Source of the DNA: Dicyema japonicum
Lineage: Eukaryota > Animalia > Dicyemida
DNA: 64,000 bases
Direction: 5' to 3'
Assembly: GCA_011109175.1 (NCBI GenBank)
Contig: RDEW01000004.1
Span: 2,018,783 to 2,082,782, forward strand
Part shown: piece after piece, positions 24,940 through 36,030 of the stretch
How the letters are laid out: each line of letters starts with the position of its first letter
Position numbering within the stretch: position 1 is the first letter of the stretch
Notes under the pieces: generated by a model
The model's database searches: none
What the model was told of the DNA's origin: nothing
Seen by the model: the letters and a program-made list of their open reading frames with translations, nothing else
Position numbers and translations under genes: made by a program

Positions 24940-26060
24940 AAAAACAATTTATTACGGTACAGACAATCAAAAAAATCCAGCTGATAGGATGGAATGGATG
25001 TTTCCCCCGACAAGAACCAGAGAAATCCTTTGGAAGAGCCATTCGGTTTCCCGGCGTTCATTACTAAATTTCGATAATACAGTCCGACCCCGAATTTGGG
25101 CACCAAGTGCCCCAAAAGCGGGGGTGCCCCAAAAACAGGGGTTTAATAAAACAGAGATTTTAAACATCAAAAATCAATTTTAGAATAATAATCAGTTAAT
25201 TTATCCCCAGTTATCCTTTTACTTCTTACATTTTCATAAAATTAAGTCGAAAATCGTAAATTCTTTTAGCATTTCAGGAGATATTTAAAAAATGTTCTTC
25301 TCTAACTGATCAAGAGAATCTTGAATTTTAAAAAACTCATTGATGTAAGTCAAGTCACATGAATTTTTTTCTCCACAAATTGATTTGAATTTCAGTTCAT
25401 GTCGCTTTTTAAATCTGTCAATCCAGCCGTTTAAAGCTTTGAAAGTATCAAATCCAATTTTTGAAGCCGTATATAAAGCAATTTTCTTTATGAAAGGACC
25501 TGATATTGGAACCTTATCTTCGCGTAGATTCTGAAATATTTCAAAAACTTGATCATCGAATTTAGATTTCTCACAATAAGGCATAAGATTCTCATCCTTG
25601 TTCAGAAAAGGTACAATTGTTTTTTTTATTCGCGAAATCATGCCTTTACTAGTTTTGTATTTTTTATTATCTGTCTTTCAGATAATTTGTTCTTCAATAT
25701 CAATTTAGCAATCGTTAATTTTGTTTCGTAGTTAATAACCATTCACAACAAAAAAATGTAAATAAACGTGTAAATTAAAATTATATATTATTAATAAAAT
25801 ATAATTTCATTTACTTATAATTTCATTCCCCACAATTTTATAGTGCCCCAAAATTTCCATATTTTTTTATCGATTTTCCATTTTACTCTGCCAAAATGCT
25901 GGCAAAAAAATGCTCCAAAATCCGAGGGTGCCCCACCCCTGGGGTCTGCCCCAATTCGGGGTCGGACTGTATTGAATTAAGCAATCTTGGAATAGATGTC
26001 TTTTAAGTCCGAAGATTCGCTCGTCTCGACGATATTGGTTATAATGGTATTCCAAGTCAT
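24940..26060 (-). mobile_element. CRE-clade 3' fragment interrupted by the pogo element
   Basis: Removing 25080-25969 plus one TA joins IVETS.. (right flank) to ILSKFSNERRETEWLFQRISLVLVGGNIHSILSAG (left flank). Confidence 0.6.
25080..25969 (-). mobile_element. pogo/Tigger-family DNA transposon, internally deleted, 890 bp, intact TIRs and TA TSD
   Basis: TIR CAGTCCGACCCCGAATT(T/G)GGGCA at both ends (23 bp, 1 mismatch); TA at 25078-79 and 25970-71. ORF 25285..25641 has the CENP-B/Tc5 HTH (PISGPFIKKIA..FKALNGWIDRFKKRHEL..GE) but no DDD domain. Confidence 0.9.
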
Positions 26061-27519
26061 AACATTTACGAGATCCAACATGTTTTTGTCCAATTCGGTT
26101 GTTTGTTGTAAGTTAAAATATTCCAATCTCTCTTTTATGTATATGATGTCTTCATTCTAAGCCAGTTAAACTCTAATGACACTTGGGGGCATTTATTCTT
26201 ATACGTTTATCTAAGAGGTGTATTTTAATACTTCCTCACGAGTCATGTGTCATTGGTGGAATCAAAGCTTTGAGTTTTTTTAATTCACGTGCCGCCTGGT
26301 TAGTGACTTTGAGTATTGGAGTGTTGATTTAATTTCGGAGATACTCAGTATTTCGAATTGATCTTACAATGGAAGCATCTTTTTTAAAGTTAGTTACATA
26401 AGTAATCTCGGTTTCACTATCTCGGAGCTGCAAATACAAATCGTACCCATAGATCGTTCAGCCCTGGAATTGTAAACGAACAGTGTATTATTTCAGAAAA
26501 TTCAAATTGTGATGTGCTGTCTTATTTAAATCATCCTGTAGTAAGAACTGGTACCAACATCGTAGAGGATCCAGGTTTACTCGGATGTCTGAAGGGAGGT
26601 TCAGTCATAGGAAAAATTTGTTTAAGTTTTAGTTCAATTATTTTCGGTTTTTGTAGAGGGTTACTGAGAACTCCTATGGAAATTTGATATCGTTAGGTTA
26701 TTTTATTTATTATCTGATCTTATTTGAAAGTTCCTATCTTTAGATGATGAGAAAATTAACATGGGATAGAGAGAGGGGTTAGTGAGTTGTGCCCATGTTT
26801 CTGAAGTAAAATTGAAAAGGGTGGGGGAGATTACTGACCTTTGAAGAACCGCGTTATTAAGTGGCAAAAATAGAATATGAGAGTATAAATGAGTTTAACC
26901 CAGAGGGGAATATTATGGTATAGGATATCCAAATAAAATGAATAGAGGAGGATTAAATTTTGTCGGAAAATACGACATGGTCGAATTCTTTTGTTTGCTA
27001 GATATAGCCGGGACTTTTCATGGGAGAGGAAATGTTGAATCTATCAGCAATATATTGTGTCATAGTGATGAGGGGACAAGTCAACGTTGACCTTAAGAAA
27101 TATTGATGTGGCTGAAATTACGTTAAGAGCTATTTTCAAAAATAAAAATAATAAAAAAATTTTTATATCAAATTGAGGTTAGGCATTAATTTATTAACCC
27201 CAGGCTTACAACCCCATCACAAAAAGTCACAACTAATTAATCCAAGAAGTGAACCCAAGGGAGAACATCTGCTTGTGCCGAATCATCCATTTTCCGATAG
27301 TACATTACAGACTTCATTTAAGAAGAAAGGTGGAGAAGCAGGATACACTTTTTTATTTTTATCACGTCACATCGGATCCTGAATATCACTTCAATTTTCG
27401 GTGGAACAGTTTTTTTATAATGGTAATCTTCTACTTTTTCTTTCTTACGTTTTGATTATTGATGTTTGAAGTGAATTTCTCTGAGGCTTATAATTTTTAG
27501 AATAAAATGACGTTGAAAA

Positions 27520-27930
27520 ACTCTCTTTTTTCAGTTGGCCATCACTGATTTTGGAGTTGACTAATCTCACACGGAGCGATGGCAAACGCCCCAACGGAAA
27601 AAACATTCTCTTTGCTAATTGTCGGAACCAGGTTTGGGATCCTACATGTGTTGATACGTACTCTTTGAAGAATTTCTCCACTTCAATCTCAGACCAAAGT
27701 CATGCTTCTATGGAAGCAGAGACAGAAGAGAGGAAGTGAGAAGCATTTGGAGGATCATTGTTTATCCCATTTGCTATTGATACATCAGGAATCCTCGGCC
27801 CATAAGCGGGCGATCTTTTCCGTCGGATCGGATCAATTATCCAATGGGTCATCAAGGATCTAAATGAGATTGGATGGTTTCGTTAGCATATCTCGGTAGC
27901 CATTGTCTGAGGTAATAGTAAAAAATCAGG
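27520..27930 (+). mobile_element. CRE-clade REL fragment with 3' end
   Basis: LTRSDGKRPNG..VWDPTCVDTYS (ORF 27551..27739), then IPFAIDTSGILGP and HISVAIV.GN. Confidence 0.8.
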
Positions 27931-29449
27931 AGATATATTGGATTTAGAAAATTGAGTAGATCGTTAGAGAAGGTTCTTTACATTGAGGTCTTCACAGACA
28001 ATGGATCTCTTTTAAATACTTGTATTCAACGTTGGGCATGTCCATAAAACGGTCTAAGTTGGCATATCTCCCCCCTTCGAACTAAGATCTTACGTTCATC
28101 CGACACTTTTTTTCATAAATTTGAATTTCCAAAGACAAGATTTATCGTCACATAAAGTGATCCAGAAGTCCATATTAGTTTTTTTCCTGCGGTTAGTTTT
28201 GGAATCCTGGATTAATCTCCACAACAGAGAAGGTTTCTTCTCGTATCTCGTGTATTCGTGCAAATATAGTTTGATGTCCAGCCAGAGGGAATTGTCAGAT
28301 TCGTACAACAAAGATACGTAGCCCCCACAACATTCCGTCCAATTAATAATACCAAAAAATAATATTTTATTTTTGAATAAAACGTGTTATTGGGAAAAAT
28401 AATACCAAACTAAATAATTAAATTTTAATAAATTAAAATTAACATAATTATAATTTATCAACAACTACTGAAAGTTCCTACTAAAAGTGACTCCAGGAAT
28501 GTCCTTAAGAAATTATTCTGAATAGATTATAGTGAAGATTGTACACGTAAATTATACTGACAAATCATCGTTCCCGCTATAGAATATGACTTTACTTAAG
28601 AAATTCTGCATTTCTGGTCATCATTGGACGATTCAGCTTTTTACATGAGAGGACTCTACGCCTTTTAGGGAGTTAACGGATACTTCCCTCTTTACTTCCC
28701 TGCTTGAATTGTCAATGCGAAGAAATAGACTCGGATTCCTTCGGTTCTTCCTGGAACGAGGGAATCCACTATGTTTATTGTGATTGTAAGACGTTCTCTA
28801 AAAGAGTTTCATCGTCGTTTTAGTCGCTTTAACGATAAGTAATTGTCATGCTGACAAATTCATTTGCATGTGACTCCTAGTAGATATGCTACGAACGGTC
28901 GTAGGTAATTATTAATAACTGAGTTTAATGGATGGTCCAATTTATTATTCAAAAAGTAGGTTCAGTAAAAGCCTAAATCAAGGGTTCGTATTTCGGTAAA
29001 CTTGGTGTCTCAAAGTATTTTCAGCGAGAACCAAAGCGCATTTCTGATGATTCTATCTAAATCTCTCTTTTTAAAGTAAGTTCAGTAATGATTTAGAATA
29101 GTTTGTTGTCTGAATTATAATAGCCATTATTATAAAAGATCCAAACTACAACGACATTACATCCACGTTTCTTTTATTCAGAGAGTTTATCTGATGGTTC
29201 TCTGAATTTGTCATTTCTTCCAAAAGGCTGGAAGAAAAAAGACCCAAGAGTACCAATTGAAGTTATGTCCACAATTAACGTAAAAGCGCTATTTCAACTA
29301 CGGCCATTTAACTCATAAGTCGGAATAACGGAATTATTATTATAATTAACAGTCGCAATACAAAAGTTATATTTTCCCGTTTCTTGTGCCATTCTAGACT
29401 CCTCATCGCTCTTCTAGAGATTGCGATTTTTAGTGGCTTTCTGAGTCCT

Positions 29450-30016
29450 TTAGTTGTTTTCCATGTCCGAGTTAATCACCATGTTCCCAAGTTTTAGAGC
29501 AGTATCGGTTGTACGAAAGTGTACTTTTACTGGTCTTGAAACATTCAGCGTCGAAGTAGTCTCTTCAGTGGTATTTTTGACAATATCTTTCTTTGTTGAA
29601 CATTTTCCAGGTCGCCAAGCAAAGACCCGACTTTTTTTGCTCTCCTCCAACTCTCATCGGTAAGATTGCTTTCTTGTTTGATTGCAATAAGTTCATTTTC
29701 AGGAATCGCTCTCCAAATAATCTTGGAGCATGATTAAGAGCAATATTGATATTATTGATGTCTTTGGAGACAAATCCACGTTATCCATCGTAAGTACAAT
29801 TTCTCCAGGGTGTGTTTTAACATACGTGCAATTGAAGGACGTCATCACTTCAGCCAAAGAAATTATGGAAATGGCCCATAAAATGCATAAATTACATAAA
29901 TTAAACTTAAATTTATTGAAATAGAAAACCACCGTCATAGCCAGAATAAACAAATTCAGGTGATCTCGTCCTCCTTCATAAATCTTCGGCATGCTCGGAC
30001 TTGAAGGAGGTGCCAT
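29450..30016 (-). mobile_element. Ty3/gypsy gag remnant
   Basis: ORF 29699..30016 has PSMPKIYEGGRDHLNLFI (gag P-x-F/Y-x-G motif); a decayed GLCL..C knuckle lies near 29600-29630. No LTR identified. Confidence 0.45.
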
Positions 30017-30140
30017 CCAGGAGGAACTCCTCTAGTTGTTCACGTCAAACCAAGGTATCGTATATGCGTGTAACTTTAACCGATAAGTACAGCAGTGGGA
30101 TTCTCACTAGGGACCATCATTTTTAATCGGATATTAACGA

Positions 30141-30475
30141 ATTAAAATTGAGGAAGTTACAAGCACAGTCAATACCCAGAAAGTAGCGTCCCACAGCCGC
30201 ATTAAGAAACTAAGATTGGACGCAAAGGAAATGCTATTAAATCTGTTCCGGCTAAATCTGTTCTTTGGCTACAGGACTGAGGATCAAGGAAGTCAAGGAA
30301 ATCTATGAGGGAGAAATAGTTGAAGAATAGCCGATTGAGACAGAAAACACAATTTGTGGGTATTCAAGATGATAAGCTACATGATGATCACTTTGAAGAC
30401 AGCGTAGGGTATGTTTACGTTACAGGTACGTATGAAATAAACAGTGCACTTCCTGGTTCCTTGCAAAAAAGCAGA
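30141..30475 (+). pseudogene. RUVBL1: RuvB-like 1 (pontin/TIP49a) pseudogene fragment with internal deletion
   Basis: 30141: IKIEEVTSTVNTQKVASHSRIKKLRLD (RUVBL1 N-terminus MKIEEVKSTTKTQRIASHSH..GLGLD). 30274: GLRIKEVKEIYEGEIVEE*PIETEN..GY..ISYMMITLKTA*G..SLQK (RUVBL1 GLRIKETKEVYEGEV..ETEN..GY.KTISHVIIGLKTAKG..SLQK). Start codon reads ATT, Walker A region is missing, stops and frameshifts present. Confidence 0.8.
30409..30425 (+). other. Candidate 17-nt spliceosomal intron in the RUVBL1 relic
   Basis: gtatgtttacgttacag; removal gives the G-T codons of KTAKGT and keeps the frame through to SLQK (two residues shorter than human or yeast). Confidence 0.5.
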
Positions 30476-31360
30476 AAACCTTGCCCATTGTTTCTTGTCA
30501 CAATCTTCAAGAGTAGCAATAAATCCGAAATCCTTATAAACAATTAAAATGGATTATTTATAAATTAATTATTAATATATAATATAAATTAGCGGGAGTT
30601 TATTTAATTTTATAGTCTTTTGTTGTCTTTTCATTATGTCAGATTTGTATGACAACTTTAATATATATGGACATAAGTACTTTGGATTTATCCCCATTGA
30701 TCTTATAGAAGATGGTAAATTCGATTTCTTATCCTCATAGTTGTTAAAATAACGATAGAAGAACTCGATAACCTGAAAAATAACTTACTCCCACTTAGAA
30801 ACGAGGTACTTACTAAGTAACCGAATAAGACCATTTCCGAGAAGGAATGGACTGACTTTATCGAGAATGCCTACAACAAATCTATTGAGTCTACGGACGA
30901 CTTCATTTTTCGATCATTTGTACCATTCTGTCTCATTTAAGGACTTAATTTCGTCAATTTTTAAGATCCCCGACCACGTGACGCTGCCGTGTGATAAAGA
31001 AGGCGACAAATATACAAGAGAATGCGACCCTTCTGACAATGAAGTAAATGAGTTGGTGGAAAGATCCTCTCAGGTTGTCATTGTGGTCACTTAGATTTCG
31101 CTTGAACTCATCGATAATAATGATAATATAAGGGACCTTGAAAATTGTATTGAGAAACTGGAGTTTTTGTTAAATGACGATTAGTTTTTTATGTTTTTGT
31201 TATATTTGCTTCCATATTTAAATTTGGTGATTTTTAGTCTGGTAGTTAAGTTTTCTACCAATGTTGCCTGACAATCACGGATCATTCTACGGAGACATTG
31301 ATTTGGAGTTGTCTCAAAGGGAGAAACAATTAGATGGACTATAAGAAGGACAGTAATGGA

Positions 31361-31385
31361 NNNNNNNNNNNNNNNNNNNNNNNNN
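31361..31385. other. Assembly gap (25 N)
   Basis: Run of n. Confidence 1.
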
Positions 31386-31559
31386 AAGACTTTAGCTTGA
31401 TATGACATGTGACGTCGATTGATATGGATATCATGGCCTTATGTCTAAGAACCTCAGAAAGATTCCCACGACAAGGCAATAAACGGAACCTAGAAACGTG
31501 CTCTGTAGTCTGCTAGATTCCCCTCTAAACTGAACCGCTCGGCCTGGACAGATAAGGAG

Positions 31560-31990
31560 AAGCCATTGGTTAGTTTTGTTCTTCCCACATCGTCCCAGTA
31601 GTCACGTTGTATGCCAACGCTAAAGCCGAGGAGGCTTAAGGGAAGAAATACGATAGACATCTTGACCTGACTGGTACACGTTCTGTGATCCACTTTACCT
31701 AGGTGACGACAATGTCTTGATGGTATTCATAAGAATCCATAGAATCCAGTACGAGGGAGGAGCACCGGGAAAGAATGAGGATTTTGGCGGAGCGCATCGG
31801 GATCACGTGATAGTTAGTTTTGGTTTTACCGTAATCTTGGGTGTTAAATAAATAAATCTCTTCATTCTACCGAGAGACTATTCCGCTCCGTGGCGACGAG
31901 TTCTGGCTTAGACCTCACTTCCAGGACAAATTGCTCTTAATCACTTCGCTGGATGAGGGTTCTACTGGAACGTATTGATATCTACTGGAA
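31560..31990 (+). mobile_element. Jockey/R1-type LINE 3' remnant, interrupted by an ingi-like tail
   Basis: gatgagggttctactgga at ~31954 matches the end of the 9870-13160 element (13064 onward); a TYLG-like motif lies at ~31695. Confidence 0.45.
31748..31857 (+). mobile_element. ingi/Vingi-like LINE, ~110-bp 3' tail only
   Basis: gtacgagggaggagcaccgggaaagaatgaggattttggcggag..gggatcacgtgatagttagttttggttttaccgt..tcttgggtgttaaataaataaa, nearly identical to 48066-48170. Confidence 0.85.
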
Positions 31991-31999
31991 CGTACGGGA

Positions 32000-34430
32000 C
32001 TAGTTAGTTCGTGTTTACCCATGGTCTTCGGAATAATTCCATGTTGAGACGTTCCGTGGATCGCACCTTTTTGAGGCGAGTTTGCTTCCAATGCTGTGGA
32101 GAAAAGTTTCCGTCTTCGCGCCTACAGCTCCAGTTGTTTCCATAGCAATGAGAGCGAAATGGTAATGGTCTTACTTATGGATCTTCTTAACTTCCGCCTA
32201 GTCGGCTGCATCTCCAGGAGAATGCGTCGCTGTCAGCAATCTGGCTCCTGAAAAGTGTCCACACACGTTGCGTCCCAGACGAGTGATTTCCCGTGGGAGA
32301 TGGGAATAACGTCATTCCATCCGGCCTCTCTTCGTCGCCTCTGTCTAAGCCCAATGATTCCAATTGGGCAGGAAATTCCGCAGCCTTGAAGGCTCGAAAA
32401 ATGATGTCATTGAGGGCTGTATGGCGTGGGGCTCGACCAGCACTCCGTCGGCAAGATAGTGGAAGTAATCTTTCGTATCAACATCTCCGCTTCAACGGCA
32501 TTTGTGTCTTGGCATATGTCCAGTCCTAGGCGTAGTGCCACCCCGATCCTCAAGCTGTTTTCGTCAAAGAGGGTCCCAGATGTGGACAAATTGGGCCTCG
32601 ACCAGACACCATTTCCTCGATGTGCGGCCGACTTAATGCTTTTTAGTCGGTGTTGTTGGCGCTTTTCTTCGCGGCCTCCAGAGTGCTCATACATGCGATC
32701 GAGTCCTAATTCTTCTGGCAAGCGAAGTTCGACGGGAATTCCAAGTCCAACTAACTCCACAACTTGCAAACTCTGTCAAGCTCAGAGTCCAAGGTATGTC
32801 CGGTTGCGTTACGTAGGACTGCTTGGGCCAAGCGACTGCAGCTCGCAAGGGATGAAAAGTAGGCAGGCAGGGCGGCTTCAAGAGGGAATCTCAACCCAAT
32901 GGCCCCATTTCTCGCAGGTTGTTTGCACATAGTCCATCCCAGATCATCGAATTTGACATTCAGTATTGACTCCGCCGATCGTCTCAGAGTTCCATCAGCG
33001 ACAATAGTGCATTCCGGTGGTTGTTTCCGAAAGGGCAGCCAGGGAAGTGTACCTTGTCCAAGGAGGATATGCTGAAACATGAAAGTAGGGATCTGTATTC
33101 TTGGCAGGTAGTAGAAAATTTTGGAGATGAGCAGGAAATATTGATCAGTTCCGATTTTATAACATTAACAATTAAACCCCATTCGTTTGAGCTGAATGGT
33201 TAAGAAATATCCTGATATACGTTCTCCCATGGGCCAGTGATTGTGGCTTCGTCCAAGTCCCACAGGTTGAGTTCACATTTTATGCTTCTTGCCACTGAGT
33301 CAGTCGTCATTGCAAAAAGCAAAGGCCCTAGTGGGTCTCCCTGCTGAACGCCTGTGCGTGAATAAACGATATCGTTTCCGTAAACAAAGGCTGAGTCCGT
33401 CCCATACGATAAGTGTACTAGTCGGCCAATCTCTGGAGCTCTCTTCCAACAGGTTTCTAAAATACAGTCTCTCCTCAGCGTGTTGAAGGCATTTGATATA
33501 TCAAGCTTCTAGCCTAGCCTTTGGGTCTGGGAATTATTGACGTTGAAGTAACTCCTCGCGGCGTGGACTGCTGCCTTGAAACCGCCGCTCACTCCCACCC
33601 CATGTTGAGTCGGAAACAGCTCTTCAGCAACATTGTGGGAGACTCTCCGGGCAGCGATTTTACCAGCAAACCTTCGAAAGTATGTACCGATTGCAATTGA
33701 GCGGACACCATCTCCTTTTTGGAATGCCAATAGATGTCCACAAAAAAGATCTCTAGCAAATTTTGGAATATCACCATTAACTATTCGAGTGAGCAGCAAA
33801 ATGATAGACGTTAACAAGGCACGGCCGGCTTCAGCAGTAGCTTCAGAGGTTAAGTCCTTTATATGGCTTGGGCGCAGTCCGTTTAGGCCTCCACAGCTAC
33901 TGGGTGCAAAAGACTACTTCAAATTCCGTGGCAGTAAATGCCGGGAGGTCTTCTGGCATTGTCAAGTTCCACGGGTTCGATAGTGGTCCAGGCTGCTTCC
34001 TTCTCAATAACTCCAAGACTTCAGGGCACGGCTTCAACAGCGTTTCGTCACAAGACACCACTCTTCAGCTGCGCGAACGTCCCTTCCATTAGTTTTCGGT
34101 TCACTCTCTCTCGAAATGTTTTAGAATCTTCTTGTTTACTCCCAGCTTCTGTAGACAACTGTTTGCACCGAAATACTTGCTCAGACTCGATTCCAGAGTT
34201 TTGCTGCGTTGAAGTGACCAAAAAGGCAGAAGTACTAATCTTGATTATTGAGGCCAGTGTTCCGTTGCGAGCTTGCTTTGAGGCAGAAATTCCAAGGGTC
34301 ATAGATGCAAAGCTTAGTAGACGTATCCAAGAGGCCTGGTCGCTGGTGCTGATGGCTGATGTCTTTAATCTATTTTAGAAATCAAATTCGACGGCAAACT
34401 CATCATGAAAGCGAAATACGGGGGCTCATC
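32000..34430 (-). mobile_element. CRE-clade element, largest copy (RT and REL), decayed
   Basis: Minus strand: LLAFQKGDGVRSIAIGTYFRR, LDISNAFN, GVQQGDPLGPLLFA, IGLRFP, LRIGVALRLGL, GRAPRHTALND, RPDGMT, LVWDATCVDTF, METTGAVG. Confidence 0.9.
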
Positions 34431-34477
34431 CAGTTAATGTAGAAAGCCCTGATTAACTTCATTTATCAGACTTCAAG

Positions 34478-34797
34478 TTTAATTAATTTAATTGATTAAC
34501 CCCGAATACACCGAGAAAGAAGTTAAAGTAAACAACTAATTAAATGTATCCAGTTTCCACTTCTACAGAAAGAGTCCATCCGGAATCAGCATAAAGTGTA
34601 AAGACGTCCATAGTTTCAGTTGTGGAAACCCTTCCAGTGGAGTGGGGGAGAGCAAATGATCCTTTTTCGTGCCGGCCTAGCACTGGGCGCCACCTAGACA
34701 GGTGGTTCTCATGACGCCACTCTAATAGGAAGAGAGAACAGACGAACAAAACAGAAACTTCAATCAATTAGCCACGAAGCACACATGGCGCCACGCG
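34478..34797 (-). mobile_element. Non-coding short retroposon (RIME/SIDER-like), copy B
   Basis: Reverse complement aligns with copies A, C and D; starts cgcgtggcgccatgtg and ends cggggttaatcaattaataaa. Confidence 0.85.
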
Positions 34798-34919
34798 GCT
34801 CTTATTCAAGATTTTCAGACTTCAAGACTTCAAGTTTTGAGCGAAATATTGAAACGCTTTATAAAAATTCTATAAAATTTAATTTTTTTATTTTTTAAAC
34901 TTTATTTAAATTTTTTTTA

Positions 34920-35160
34920 TAAAGACAATTAAACAAATGTCAGTTGAGGAAGCCTGCTGCGTGGATTGCGAACGAATTCCCTCGGAGTATTGCTATTCCA
35001 ATCTTTTGTCTTAGCCATAACCCTTCTCGTTGATCCCTTTTCTTTCTGGCAAGCAATCCTCCGAGTTCTCGCAAAAACTCACCGTCATTGGACCAACGGC
35101 TCCCGATGATTCGGTCGCAACAGTAATTAGAACATTTGCTGTGAGAATACTCCAATTGCT
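34920..35160 (-). mobile_element. CRE-clade 3' fragment
   Basis: ORF 34940..35155 ends WLRQKIGIAILRGNSFAIHAAGFLN*; near-identical to 56781-56880. Confidence 0.8.
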
Positions 35161-35789
35161 AACTTTATAAAATTTATCAATAATAGAAATATACACGTGT
35201 TTAATAAATCAGTGATGAATATGAAAATTTAATATACAAGTCAACACACTTGAATACAAAATTAAAGACCACTACTACTCGAGTTAAATGACAAGTCATG
35301 TGGCCTGATGTTCATGAAGACATGCACTATCAGCGTCGTTTTTGACAAATCAGCTGATTTGCACGAAAAGACTCTACGCCTTTTATGGAGCCGAGCAGAT
35401 CCTACCATCGTCACTCCACTGTCAGAGTCGTGAACCCATGTCTTTAATCGAACCCATGTCTTTCCTGATAGAGATATGAGAACTCAATCTACTAGCCTCC
35501 ATTCCCATTACCCCTTCGCTGCTCTGCCGCTCCCAGCTCTATTGTTGTTCGGTCTTCTTTAAAGCTTTTAGTTCCCCATTTGTGATTTTTCTACTTGTCA
35601 CCGTTTTTTCAACTCTTTATTCCCTGACATTTGCACACATCAAACAACTGTTCTTTAAGCGAATAAAAAGACAGATGACGTACGGTCTTTTAGCCATTTA
35701 ACATAGAATTTAACCAACCTTGATAAATCTTTTAATTTTTGAACACATTTGAACTTTTTATTGGTTCCGTTGATATAATAATTAGAGAC

Positions 35790-36030
35790 CACACTAACTA
35801 ATCATGTGATCCCAGCAAGCTCTAGCAGAGACCTTTAACTTGGCCCGACGTTTTCCATTACCCTAAATAAGCACGTATACGTGAATCTTCATAGTCAACA
35901 CGGGAAGTTCTATGGTTCATGCGTATCATAGATTCTAGAGTCATTGAGGCTGGGACTCTCCAAAAGTCATTCCTTCCGTAATTTTAGAGGCTTTCTTTCG
36001 GTTATCCTTATCTCCAAAACATTTTTCCCA
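35790..36030 (-). mobile_element. ingi/Vingi-like 3' fragment (variant subfamily)
   Basis: Colinear with 13385-13620 (ctaatca.gtgatcc.agca.gc.ctagcag.gacct, tggcccga, atggtt.at.cgtatca). Confidence 0.6.

Noticed and set aside
31684-31712. gtgatccactttacctaggtgacgac resembles the structured motif core
   Set aside because: P1a, P4 and P2b are absent and it overlaps a likely TYLG codon stretch of a LINE remnant; probably chance.
32293-34378. Plus-strand ORFs such as 32426..32932, 33633..33983 and 33938..34378
   Set aside because: Antisense shadows of the minus-strand CRE coding region, with no independent motifs. The same applies to 39746..41618 (-), 47069..47395 (-), 56464..56790 (+) and 43031..43249 (-).
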